Source: Pelagomonas calceolata (Eukaryota). Taken from it: a DNA stretch of 64,000 nt. Location: the NCBI GenBank assembly GCA_918797485.1, contig CAKKNE010000003.1, positions 5,270,001 to 5,334,000 of the forward strand, given 5' to 3'. A program made the translations under genes and the position numbers. Positions 10,817 through 22,171 of the stretch are shown piece by piece. Under the pieces are notes generated by a model. That model was not told where the DNA came from. It saw only the letters and a program-made list of their open reading frames with translations, and made no database searches. The stretch's first letter is position 1. Each line of letters opens with the position of its first letter.

Positions 10817-13503
10817 ATGTTTCCCGCGGGCTGGGCCCAGACCAGCCACGCGGACGCCGCCATCGACGCGGCGCTGCGCTCGGCAGGCGGCGGCACCGGC
10901 GGGCCGCCGGCGGCGGGCTCGCTAGACGAGCGCGTCGCGCTGCTGCTGAGCGTCGGCGAGGAATGGTCCGTCCCGCGTCGGCATAGTGGCCTTCACCTTG
11001 GGAGCCGCCTAGACGCCGCCGCCGAAGCGCACCAGCGACGATGACACGACGCCCGATTCCGCGCAGCCAGACGGAGCGGGAGCTCAGGCAGCTGCTCCTC
11101 AAGCACGAGCAAACCGGCTTCCGCCTCTACGACGGCTTTGAGCCGAGCGGGCGCATGCACATCGCGCAGGGCGTTTTCAAGGCCATGAACGTGAACCGAT
11201 GCCTCGCGGCCGGCGGCACGTTCGTCTTCTGGGTAGCGGACTGGTTTGCGTTGATGAACGACAAGATGGGCGGCGACCTCGCGAAGATCCGAGACGTCGG
11301 CAACTACCTCGTCGAGGTCTGGCGCGCGGCCGGCATGCGCATGGACCGCGTCGAGTTTCGGTGGGCTTCCGACGAGATCTGCCGCCGGGGAGATGAATAC
11401 TGGCCGTAGCCCGCAGCGCCGCGCGGCGCCTTCGCCTTGCGCGCTTTTTGGCGAGCGCCGCGACGACGAAAGGGTCGCGCGCGCGGGGGAGAGGGTCGAC
11501 CGCCGCGTTCGCTCGCTCACCTCCGCGAGCAGGCAAATGCTCGACGTGGCGCGGCGATCCACCGTCGCGCGCGTCCGCGACAGTGCGCTGACCCTTCGTA
11601 CTTTCGCCGGGGGCCCCCGCGCCCTCGACGCCGATCTGCGTCGGCCGCCAAAAAGTCCGTTCGCGCTACCGTCGCCCGCAGGTCCGCAAGTGCTGCACGA
11701 TCATGGGCCGCGGCGAGGCCGGCCTCTCGGCCGCGCAGATGCTCTACCCGCTCATGCAGTGCACCGACGTCTTCTTCCTGCGGGCCGACGTCTGCCAGCT
11801 CGGCGTCGACCAGCGCAAGGTTCGTCGTCCGGCGTACCTCGTGGCAACCTTTTGTCTCCGCATGAGTTTTTGGTGCTCAGGTCAACATGCTCGCGCGCGA
11901 CTACTGCGACGCGGCGGGCCGCAAGAAGGGCAAGCCCATCATCCTGTCGCACCACATGCTCTACGGCCTCAAGGCCGGCCAGGCGAAGATGTCCAAGTCG
12001 GACCCCGACTCGGCCATCTTCATGGAGGACTCGACGGCCGACGTCCGGCGGAAGATCCGCGGCGCGTACTGCCCGCGCACGGCCGACGCGGCCGTCGCGC
12101 GCGACGCGGAGATGCAGCTCGCGGCGGACGACCTGAAGAACCCGTGCCTCGACTACGTGCGGCACGTGGTCTTCGCGGCGCCCGGCGCGACGTTCGCGGC
12201 CGGCGGCGCGACGTTCGCGAGCGCCGACGCCGTGCGCGACGCCTTCGTCGGGGGCGCCCTGTCGGAGGCGGACCTCAAGGACGGCCTCGCGGACGCCGTC
12301 GACGCGCTCCTGGCGCCCGTGCGCGCGCACTTTGAGCGCGACGCGCGCGCCGCCGCGCTCCTCGCCCGCGTGCGCGCCTACAAGGCGCGGCCCGACGCCG
12401 CGGCGCCGGCCTGGGCCGCGCCGGCGCAGGCGTCGCGGCGGCGCGCGCTCGCGGCCGCCGCCGACGTCGCCGTCGGCGACGCCGCGCGCGTCGTCGTCGC
12501 CTTCGCGCCGGCGCCGCGCCTCCAGTGCCCGCTCGCCGACGCCGCGCGCCACGCGCGCGGCCTCGCCGACGCGCTTCGCGCCGACGCCGGCGCCGTCGGC
12601 GTCGTCTACTGCTCCGACTGGGCGGCGCTCGCGGTCGACGCCGCGGGCGCGGACGCCAAGGCGATCGCCGCGTGCCACCGCCGCTACGTGCGCGCGGTCC
12701 GCGCGCTCGCGGACCTGTACGCGCCCGGCGTGGGCGCGCGCGTCGGCGCCGTCGCGCAGTCGGCCGTCGCGCTCGCGCGGCCGTCCGACTACTGGATCGA
12801 CGTCATCGCCGCCGGCCGCCGCGTCCGCCTCGCCGACGCGCAGCGCGCCGCCGGGCAGCGCGCCGACGACGAGGGCGCGCGCGTCGGCGCCGTGGTCGCC
12901 GCGCTCATGCGCTGCGCCGACGTCGCGGCGGCGTGCGCGGACGTCGTCGTCGACGACGGCGGCGCCGGCGGCGCGCTCGCGCTCGCGCGGACGTTCTGGG
13001 CCGAAGACGACCGCGGCGGCGCCGCGGCCTACGCGCCGCCGCGCGTCGCCGCCGCCGCGCCGCCGCCGCCGCTGACGCTCGACGCGGCCGCGGCCGCGGC
13101 CGGCGACGAGAACGCCGCGTTCTGGGTCGGCGACGGGCCCGACGCTGCCAAGCGCAAGCTGAAGAAGGCGTTCTGCGAGCCCGGGAACGCCGACGCGAAC
13201 CCGCCGCTCGCCCTCGGCGCCGCGCTCGTCGAGAGCGGCCTCGTCGCCGCGCTCGCCGTCGCCCGCGCGCCCGAGAACGGCGGCGACGCCCGCTACGGCG
13301 CGGACGACCTCGACCGCCTCGTCGCCGACGTCGCCGCGGCGCGCCTCCACCCGGGCGACCTCAAGCCGGCCGTCGCCGCGGCGCTCCGCGAGAGCGTCCT
13401 CGCCGCCTCGGCGGCCGCCGCCGACTACCCCGACGCGAAAAAGGACGCCGCATGCCTCAAGGCCCTCGCGAAGAAACTTGCCCGGGCGAAGAAGTCGTCG
13501 TAG
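10817..13503 (+). CDS. YARS: Tyrosyl-tRNA synthetase, eukaryote/archaeal type, double-length (pseudo-dimeric)
   Basis: YDGFEPSGRMHIAQG, YPLMQCTD, QLGVDQRKVNMLAR, KMSKSDP; a degenerate second copy (KRKLKKAFCEPG, LHPGDLKP). Inferred introns 10966-11066, 11406-11532, 11573-11681 and 11820-11880. Confidence 0.93.
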
Positions 13504-14038
13504 GAGGCAAGCGGTCGACAGACGCGCCGCCCCCTTTTTAAGTTGGGTATAAATATTTTCCCCGATACTTGGTTGATACTCGACTTCAAAGTATTGAAGT
13601 ATTAGCACGAGTACAGTAGCAACTTAACCGCCAGGGTTGTGCGTGACCATGGTACTAGAAGTACGGGAGGCTCGGACTTACGAGGGTACAGAATAGGGTC
13701 TCCGCACCTCCGTCATACGAGAATTTGATATGAGACATGTCCGTGGAACCGTCACGGTCTGTCGAGTATAGACCACGACTCCTTCGCGCCGAGAAATCCT
13801 GGGTAAACCCGATTTACGTCGCCTAGACGTGTTGGCGGCTCGGGAGGCGTGGCCTAAACGCGACAGCGTCACGGTGAGATCCTACTAGACTTGTTTCCCA
13901 TTGTGCACCGCCACCGGAGCTGCCGGCGGGCGCCAGCTCCTCGAGGACGGAGGAGGCAAAGGCCCTCCGATAGATGCACAGGCCCAGAGCATTCCGACCA
14001 AGCAGGGCGAGGTGAACGAACCCAAGCATTCGAACAGA

Positions 14039-16993
14039 TTACAGATTGAGGGGCGGCGCGGGACGACCGTCGAGGAACGCGCTCACGGCGGCGACGATGG
14101 ACGCGCCGTACTTCCGCATCTTCGCCGCGGGGAAGGCGTCGAGGACGTCGCCGAGGCGCGCCGTCGTCGTCGGCGCCTCGGCGGCGATGACGTTCATGTG
14201 CTCCTCGTTGATGATCTGGAACGGGAGGTTGTTGAGCGCGTTCGCGACCTCGCGGCGCCACGCGACCACGCGCTCCCGGAGCCCCGCCTCGTCGTGGGCC
14301 GGCGAGGGCGCGTCGCCGCCGCCGTCGTCGCCGTCGCGACCGCCGGTGAGGTCGAAGTGGGGCGATCGCGGCGCCCGGGCGACGCGCGGCGGCGCGGGGC
14401 GCGGCGGCGGCGCCGCGGGGCGCGGCGCCGCCGCCGCGCGCCGCCGGCCCGTGCGCACGGAAACGCAGAATTCCGGCGCGTCGGCGCGTCGAAACTCGTC
14501 CGCGCGGGTCCCTGCGCTCACGTAGTCGGCGGCGAACTTGCCTTCAATACCAATCGTCACCGACGCCTCCGCGAGGACGTTTTCGCAGACGAGTCGGCCG
14601 ACGAGGTCGTCGACGGCGTCCTTGCCGAGGCTCCGGCCGGCGCCGAACTCGGGCCGCCCGGCGACGCGGAGCTTGCGCGTCGCGGCCGTGTTCGCGCCGC
14701 GGTACGCGTCCGCGAGCGACAGGCGCGTGGCGACCGGCCGGTCGGTGTCGGCGGCGGCGCCGACCGCGTCGAGCAGGCGCACGATGCGCGCGGCGTGCTC
14801 CGCGAGGTCGCGGCTCTCGACCGGGCGGCCGTCGGCGCAGTTGTCGCAGAGCCCGCCGCAGCCCGCCGCGGGGTCGAAGTCGCGCTCGCCGAAGTACTCG
14901 AGCACGATCGCGCGGCGGCACCGCGCGCGGTCGGCGGCGAAGCGCGTCATGGCGCGGAGCGCCGCGAGCTCGGCGTCCACCGCGGCTTGGCTCTTCGGGG
15001 CGCCCCCGCGGCGCCCCGTCTTGTCCGTGATCATCGCCTGGTGGATCGCGCGGTCCTTCCAGGCGAAGAACAGGACGCACAGCGCGCCCAGGCCGTCGCG
15101 GCCCGCGCGGCCGCTCTCCTGGTAGTAGTTGGCCAGCGACTTGGGCATGCTGAAGTGGAAGACGTAGCGGACGTCGGGCTTGTTGACGCCCATGCCGAAC
15201 GCAAGCGTCGCGACGATGAGCTTGATCTCGCCGCGGCTCCAGCGCCGCTGGCGCCGCTCGCGCTCGTCGGCGTCGAGCTCGGCGTGGTAGTACGCGACGC
15301 GCGCGCGCGCGCCGAGCTGCTTGCCGAGCGCCTCGCAGACGACCTCGCAGTCGCGGCGGCTGAGGCAGTAGACGAGGCCGCTCTCGTCCGCGTGCGCGCG
15401 GACGTGCGCGGCGATCTGCTCGATGGCCTTGGGCTTGGAGGTCTTGGCCCGGACCTCGTAGCGCAGCCGCGGGCGGTTGAACGACGCCGTCCACGAGAAC
15501 GCGTCCCGGCGGAGCGCCAGCGTCGCGCTCACGTCGGCGACGACGCGCGCGTCGGCCGTCGCCGTCAGGGCCATGATCGGCACGCTCGGGAACTCGCGCC
15601 GGATCCGCCGGAGCTCGAGGTAGTCGGGCCGGAAGTCGTGGCCCCACGAGCTCACGCAGTGCGCCTCGTCGACGACGAAGCGCGAGAGGAGGCCGCGCGC
15701 GCGCAGCGCCTCGAGCGCGCGGCGCGCGGCGGCCGAGCGCGCGAACTTCTCCGGCGTCAGGTAGAGCACCTTGAGGTCGCCGTGGGCCGGGAGGTCCCGG
15801 AGCCGCGCGAGCGCGTCGGCGCCGCCCCCGCCGCCGCCGACGCTGCCGAGGCTCGCCGCCCCGACGCCGGCCTCCGCCATGCCGTCGACCTGGTCCTGGA
15901 TCAGCGAGACGAGCGGCGAAAAGACGACGGCGAGGCCCGGCGCGCACCACGCCGGAAGCTGGTAGCACAGGCTCTTGCCGCCGCCGGTCGGCATCAGCAC
16001 GAAGCAGTCGCGGCCCGCCATCGCCGCGCCGACGACCTCGCGCTGGCCGGGCCGGAAGCCCCGGTGCCCGAACGTGCGCCGGTTCTCGACCTCGAAGTCC
16101 TTGACCTCCGCGCCCGCCGCCGTCCGGTCGACGGCGTCGGCGCCGCCGCCGTCCCACTCGAAGAAGCCGCAGTCGCCGCCGTCGCGCGCGCCGCACCGGT
16201 AGAAGGCGCGGCCCTCGTTCTGCTCCGTCCGCGCCGTCCGGCGCACCGCCGCCACCCCGCAGCGGCACGTCCGGCCGTCGCCGCCGTCGAACGCGCCGGG
16301 CGGCGGCGCCGGCGCCTCGTCGGGCGGCGGCGCCGGCGCCTCGTCGGGCGCGCCGCGGCGGAGCGCGGGCGCCGCGCCGGCGCCGCGCCGCGCGCGAGCG
16401 ACGAGGGCCTCCAGCGCCGCCGCGTCGACCGCGTCGCGGCCCGAGACGAGGGCGAGAATCTCCGCCGCCGGCACGCGCGCCTCCGCCGGCCGCGTCGGCG
16501 CCGCGGCGGCGGCGCGCTCGGCCGCCTCGGTCGCGCGCAGGAGCGCCGCGTCGTCGAATCCGCCGTCGTCGACCGGCCGCGGCGGCGCCGGCCGCGCGGC
16601 GCGCTCGGCCGCCTCGGTCGCGCGCAGGAGCGCCGCGTCGTCGAATCCGCCGTCGTCGACCGGCCGCGGCGGCGCCGGCCGCGCGGCGGCGCGCGCGGTC
16701 CCCTCGCCCCGCGGCGGCGTCTTCGCCGGCGCGGGCTCCGGGCGCGCGGCGTTGCCGCCGTCGCGGAGCGGCGGCCGCGGCGGCGCGACGACGCGGCACG
16801 CGCCCTCGAGGCCGCGGCCGCCGCAAAGGCGTAGCGCGCGGTCCCTCGATTCGCAGTCGGCGCGACTCCGCGGCGTCCACAGCTGGAAACCCGCCTCGAC
16901 GGCGCCTCGGCGCGAGAAGGGCTGGAGGCCCAGCGTCGGGTCCGCGCCGTCCAGCAACGACTTTACGCGCGCTGCGCTCTGCGAGGACGGCAT
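14039..16993 (-). CDS. RecQ-family (BLM/Sgs1-like) DNA helicase with N-terminal GRF zinc finger, RQC and HRDC domains
   Basis: MPTGGGKSLCYQLP, VDEAHCVSSWGHDFRPDY, ALTATA, FGMGVNKPDVR, YYQESGRAGRDG, CRR..YFGE..CDNC; GRF motif CRCG..NEGRAFYRC..CGFFEW. Confidence 0.95.
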   Translation of the reverse strand: MPSSQSAARVKSLLDGADPTLGLQPFSRRGAVEAGFQLWTPRSRADCESRDRALRLCGGRGLEGACRVVAPPRPPLRDGGNAARPEPAPAKTPPRGEGTARAAARPAPPRPVDDGGFDDAALLRATEAAERAARPAPPRPVDDGGFDDAALLRATEAAERAAAAAPTRPAEARVPAAEILALVSGRDAVDAAALEALVARARRGAGAAPALRRGAPDEAPAPPPDEAPAPPPGAFDGGDGRTCRCGVAAVRRTARTEQNEGRAFYRCGARDGGDCGFFEWDGGGADAVDRTAAGAEVKDFEVENRRTFGHRGFRPGQREVVGAAMAGRDCFVLMPTGGGKSLCYQLPAWCAPGLAVVFSPLVSLIQDQVDGMAEAGVGAASLGSVGGGGGGADALARLRDLPAHGDLKVLYLTPEKFARSAAARRALEALRARGLLSRFVVDEAHCVSSWGHDFRPDYLELRRIRREFPSVPIMALTATADARVVADVSATLALRRDAFSWTASFNRPRLRYEVRAKTSKPKAIEQIAAHVRAHADESGLVYCLSRRDCEVVCEALGKQLGARARVAYYHAELDADERERRQRRWSRGEIKLIVATLAFGMGVNKPDVRYVFHFSMPKSLANYYQESGRAGRDGLGALCVLFFAWKDRAIHQAMITDKTGRRGGAPKSQAAVDAELAALRAMTRFAADRARCRRAIVLEYFGERDFDPAAGCGGLCDNCADGRPVESRDLAEHAARIVRLLDAVGAAADTDRPVATRLSLADAYRGANTAATRKLRVAGRPEFGAGRSLGKDAVDDLVGRLVCENVLAEASVTIGIEGKFAADYVSAGTRADEFRRADAPEFCVSVRTGRRRAAAAPRPAAPPPRPAPPRVARAPRSPHFDLTGGRDGDDGGGDAPSPAHDEAGLRERVVAWRREVANALNNLPFQIINEEHMNVIAAEAPTTTARLGDVLDAFPAAKMRKYGASIVAAVSAFLDGRPAPPLNL

Positions 16994-17401
16994 GTCGCAC
17001 CGCGCGCACTTGGATCAGCCCAGCGCCCGGCCGGCGCGGCAGGCAGGGCCGCGCGCGGGCAAGCTCGCGATATAAATGTTCAAAACCCGACGCAGCTGAG
17101 CCGCGGCCGCGCGGTAACGTTGCAACTACTAGTTCTCCGGGCTCAGCCCCAGGGAAATTGTGCGATTGTGCCGCTCGGCGCCACAAGACGAATAACTTCG
17201 CCGCCGCACCGCGAATCTTCAATCTCACACGTGTGGTAGCGCGTCCCTCCATTTACACAAATAAATAAAGAATAGACGCAAGCGATATCCACTGGCATCG
17301 GTCAAATCGTACCTTGCAAAAAAAGGCATCATCAAAGCCTCACATTCGAACAACATACGCTGGATCATCTCCGAGTCGCGGGGATATCGGGGACGTCATA
17401 A

Positions 17402-17510
17402 TTCTTTTTGATGTGTCGGTTTTTACATCATTTTTATGATTAGAGGTCGATTGTCCTATGCGAATAGGGCATAATAGACCTCTAAAATCATAAAAATGGT
17501 GTAAAAAACC
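17402..17510. repeat. AT-rich fold-back dispersed repeat; related inverted copy at ~23800-23895
   Basis: Arms GGTTTTTACATCATTTTTATGATTAGAGGTC and GACCTCTAAAATCATAAAAATGGTGTAAAAAACC; homologous sequence in reverse at 23.8 kb. Confidence 0.75.
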
Positions 17511-17517
17511 ACTCAAC

Positions 17518-18968
17518 TTATATCATCATCGGCCGCCGGCCCTCGGACTGGGCCCGGATGTCGCTAGCCCCGACGGCGTCTCGGCCTTCGCGCCACCGCC
17601 CGCGGACAGCGCGCGGGCGGTGGTGGTGGGGACGCTTGCGCAGCGCCGCGGCCGCCGCGGCCGCCGCGGCCGACGCGTCCATCCGGCACGCGAGGTGGAC
17701 ACCGCCGACGGCCTCGCCGCAGCCAAAGGCGTCGCAGCCGTACGTCGCGCAGTCGCCGCTGCGGCCCTCCCCCTCGCATGCGGTCTCGTTTTCGAGAAGA
17801 TAGAAGTAGGGCACTCGGCCCTGCCGCGGATGCGGGTATCTCGCCTCGTCGAGCGGCTCGCCGTACGCGCGGTGCTGCTTAAACCAGTCGCCGTAGCTGT
17901 TCATCGCCGGCCGGCCGGACGCCGCGACGTTGCCGCGCATCGACTCGTGAAGCTCACGGTCTAGCTCGTAGAACCGTTCCGAGTGGGGGTTGCCCCGGAG
18001 CTCGGCGCCGTGGGCGCCCCACCTGCGGGCGGCGCGCGCTCCGCCGAGCGATTCCCAGGCCCCCGTCCACACACACGCGGTCAGCTCGCTGGCAGCTCGT
18101 GTGCCGAAATTTACCGAGCGGCTGGGCGGTCACGTTGTGGCAGATCCGCCTGGCCGTCACGGCCCTCCCGAGCGCGCCGGGGCCCGTCACGTAGAGCATC
18201 GACAGGTGGCCCTCGTGCGGATAGTAGCGCCGCTTGACGTTTTCTACGATATACTCGATGGCCCAGAGGAGCTGACGGACGCGCGGCGTCGCCATGATGA
18301 AGCCCTGCCACATGACGGGGGCGCCGCGCTTGTCCATGCCCTCCGCGGTCTCGTCGACGCACGTGTGCGCCTGGAAGCGGAGGTCCGGCGGTCGGTGCTC
18401 GAGTTTCAGGAAGTGTCGGTCGGACCAGGGCCCAAACTTGGTCTGGAGCCGCATCTTGGAGTCCACGTACACTCCGCCGCACGCGTAAAGCATCGCGTAG
18501 CGCCACAAGTCGACCTTGAAGGCGAACGGACCGAGCTGCTGGAACGCTTCGTAGCTCCCGACGACGCCTTCCTCCCTCCTGAGCAGTTCGTCGAGCGCCT
18601 TCATGCTCGTCGCGAGCGCGTCGTCGTCGAAGTAGTGGAACGCGTACCACTCGGGGTAGCCCCAGTCGCCTGTCGCCCGCGCCTGCGTCGACGGAGGCGG
18701 CCCCACGAGATTTCTCAGGTCCGCGTCGCCGCGGCCAGTGTAGTAAACGTGCCTAGCGCGCGGGTCGCGTTTGATTTGGCGCGCGCGCGCGGCGTTCCCA
18801 CGCGGCGGCGCGCGGCGGGAAGTGCGGCTCGATGCCTGCCGGCAGCGGGTTGTCGGCGAAGCAAACGTCGTGCGAACCGGGCAGCGGGTCCGGGTAGGCG
18901 CGCTTTGGGCCCGCCAGGGCCCGCGTCACGCCAGCCAGCATTGCTAACCTCATTTGTTTGCTCCTCAT
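17518..18968 (-). CDS. GT32-family (DxD sugar-binding) glycosyltransferase
   Basis: KVDLWRYAMLYACGGVYVD and LYVTGPGAL; inferred introns 18753-18813 (GC donor) and ~18022-18074. The start may be 18953. Confidence 0.75.
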
Positions 18969-19384
18969 TTGTTTGCTTGCGAGCGAGCAGAACTAAGAAC
19001 GGTTTTAAACATTACTGCCCCCCAACTCCCCTCTAGCGGATGCAACATGCAGCGGATGTAACATGCGTGACACTTTCTTCGGACAGTACCACGGTACCAC
19101 GGTATCGTAGGCATGCCTAATACAACTTAATACATACTTGGTACCTTGTATCTACCACTTGTACAAGCTATTGGTGCAGGTTGGTACGAATTCAGCAGGA
19201 CGTTGCGTGAGTGTGTCGCTTGCCCGTGATGGTCGGTCCGCGCCGCGCCGAAACGTGTGCGTTCCTGCTGGCCACCTGCTCGGCCTGGCTCGAGTTGGCT
19301 GCCGCCGCTCCCAAGAACACAAACGTGCCCTATTTCCGGCGCCGGACGACGCGGGGGCGTGACCACAAGCTGGCACGACACCGC

Positions 19385-19561
19385 ATGGACCTCTACAAGC
19401 GCCTTATCACCTACGTCTTCGCCGCGGTCCTCTTGCCGATCCTCTGCACTTTCGTCTACAGCCTCTGCACGGACCCCGCGGTCCCAGAAATCGCGCGGCG
19501 GCTCCTGGAGGCCGCGCACCGCAGGTTCGCAGTGCGGCTCTCGACCAAAAAGGGGCGATGA
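19385..19561 (+). CDS. Small single-pass membrane protein, hypothetical (58 aa)
   Basis: MDLYKRLITYVFAAVLLPILCTFVYSLC with host-like GC3 codon use. Confidence 0.45.
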   Translation: MDLYKRLITYVFAAVLLPILCTFVYSLCTDPAVPEIARRLLEAAHRRFAVRLSTKKGR

Positions 19562-19776
19562 CCACCGAGTCGTTGCAGGCTGTGTCGCACGCTCCGTCAC
19601 GGTTCAGGGCAGACGTGTGGCACTCGAAGGGCCTGTTCCGCGCTCCTCAGTGAGGCTGCTTTTTGGGGCCTTCTCCCTCCTCGGTCAGGATGCCCAACCG
19701 GAGCTGCGAAATAGCAATAAGTGCGAATGATGCAAGACCAAAGGGGAACGCACCTTTGGGAGTACGGCGGCTGAGA

Positions 19777-20158
19777 CTAGGTTGCCGTTAACCTGTTAAT
19801 TACCCGTTATTAACCTATAATTACCCCTCGGAGGGGATCCGGGGTTAATAACCCGCTCAATAACCCGACGGGTTTTCGACTAAACCCGTTTAGTGAGTTT
19901 AGCGAAGACCCCCTCCGGGCGAGCGGATGGGCGCAAGCAGCCCATTGGGCTTTTGGATACGTACAGGTGCGCCAAGGCAAGTACCAAGTCATGTGGCCCG
20001 GCGCGGCCCAGGCCCGCGCCAATGGCCCGTGAGGCCCCCTCCCCCTACCCCTCTATAAGATCCCGGGGTTAATAACCCGTACTAACGGGTAATTACCCGG
20101 GTTACTAACCCCGGGCCGCGATTGGGGTTAATAACCCCTGGGGTTAATGGCAACCTAG
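19777..20158. mobile_element. Non-autonomous hAT-type MITE (382 bp)
   Basis: 17-bp TIR CTAGGTTGCC(G/A)TTAACC; perfect 8-bp TSD GGCTGAGA (19769-19776 and 20159-20166); subterminal GGGTTAATAACCC repeats. Confidence 0.9.
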
Positions 20159-20773
20159 GGCTGAGATAATCTGCCGGGGAGCTACCTTAAAATACACTAA
20201 GTAGTTTTGGTTTCAAATTTTGCGGTGTTTATTACGCGTTGCGTGTTGTGTGTGAAGTACTAGTAAGTGTATATAGAACTTGAAGGGTATACTAGGATAC
20301 TAGGTCCTAGGCCCGGGGTATTTCGCCCTATTTATCGCACTCCCCCTTTTGATAAGGGTAAGCTCTTGTTTCCCTTATGGAAATACAGGGTGAAAGTTGA
20401 CTCTCATCCTTGTTGTTCGTTTCATTGAAATATGCGCCGCGGCGTTGGGCCTAGGGCATTGAGCCAGCCTGAGCGTGTGAAATCCGCGACGGCGTCCCGC
20501 CCCGGCCGACTAGGCCGCCGATTTACAGGGATCTTGACCATCTCTCAGGCTCCGGAGCCTACTACCGACGATGCCTGTCAGATAACCGGGAACGATTCAA
20601 GTCGAGGACTTCCGCGACTCCGCGCCAGCTGAGCAGACCCGCTAGGATCAGGGTAGGATCAGGGGTATCTTAGGACACATCGGGCACGGGTATCGGCGGT
20701 TGCGCTGCTGCTGCCGGTGAGCTCGGGAGGGAGCGAACTCAGCGAGCTGGGTTCGTCCTTGCCGCGTCAGCGT

Positions 20774-21743
20774 TCAGGCGACGACGCGCGGCGGCGGCGG
20801 CGGCGCGGTGCGCGCGCGGAGCTCGCGGAGGATGGTCGCGGCCTCGCGCTCGAGCGGGTCCGAGCCAAAGGCGGCACGGAGCGCTCCGCGAAAGTCGACC
20901 GCGGCGGCCGGCGCGGGCGTTGCGGCGGCCGCCGCCGCCGCGGTTCGCGCGCGCGCGCGCGGCTTGGCGTCGTTGAGGAAGCGGCGGCGCTGCTTGGAAT
21001 TCCAGCGGTTCTTGATGGCGTTCTCGGACCGGCCCGTGAAAGCGCGCGAGATCTCATTCCAGCGATTACCGAGGATCGCCTGGAGCGACACGAGCAGGAA
21101 GTCTTCGGCCGCCGTCCAGGGCGTCTTCACCAGATGCGGGTCCAGGTGGTTCTGCCAGCGCCTGTGCAGAAATGAAATTACACTGTGCGTCCCACTCGCT
21201 GGTTGATTTCCACGCCGGCTGGTGCTCGCGGACCTGCTTCGTGAGGCGCCCGGGCAGCAGCGCCGCGACCGCCGCCCAGTTCAAGGAGCCGGCGGGGGCG
21301 CCGCCCGCCGCCGCTGCGACCGCGCGGCGGACGACCTCGTCCTCGCCGGGCGTCCAGGGTCCTTTTACGAGGCCGAGCTTGAGGACCTTCTCCCACCGGT
21401 CCGCGCACTGGGAGGGGCTGCGGGCGCCCCCGAAGGCCCGCGCCGCCAGCGCGCCCCAGTCCCGCGCGCCCGCGCCCGCCGCGTCGGCCTCGACGACGGC
21501 GCGGAGCGTCTCGTCCTCGCGCTTGGTCCAGCGGCCCGTCTTCGCCGCGGGAACGGCCAAACCGCCGCGCGGCGGGGTGACGACGCCGGCCGCGGGGCGC
21601 GACGCGGACCCCAAGGGGTCGACGCAGGGGAGCTGCCCGCGAGGGTGCCGCGCCGCGCCGAGAGGGGAGACCCGCGCGCGCTTCGCCGGCGGGTGGTCTA
21701 TGATCAACGGGGGCGGTCTTGAGCCCGCGGGGGCCGATTTCAT
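20774..21743 (-). CDS. Three-repeat (R1R2R3) MYB transcription factor
   Basis: GRWTKRED..QCADRW, KGPWTPGED..KQVRERWQNHLDP and KTPWTAAED..GNRWNEIS..NAIKNRWNS; GC-AG intron 21162-21225 restores RERW. Confidence 0.92.
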
Positions 21744-22171
21744 GACGCTGAAGCGCGGCAGCCCAAGGCAAACACAGCGGCCCAGTATAGGAGGGAGGCT
21801 AATTTACGAGGTTGTAATGCGATGAAAATTCGTCTACGCAGACCGCCAGACCGCCGCGGTCGTGAGGGATCTCTAGAGGACCAGAGGGCTGCGAGAGATG
21901 TCGGAGCATACCATTTCAAGCGCGAGGGCAGGCAACTGCACTGCCATCATGGTGCACCATAATTACCATAGTAAGAGTCATTCGAGCGCCATGAAGCGTG
22001 CACAGGAGTTATCTAGGTCCAAAAATCATGATCTCAAAATTTGACAAAAGCCTCTTAAGCTCTCAAAAGGAAATGCCTGGTATAAGCTCGTCGACCGTGT
22101 TGGCAATTTGCGCGAGTTACATGTAGGTCCGCCGTGCGATGTTCGGGCAGCCCTGCGCGCCGGCATCTAGC

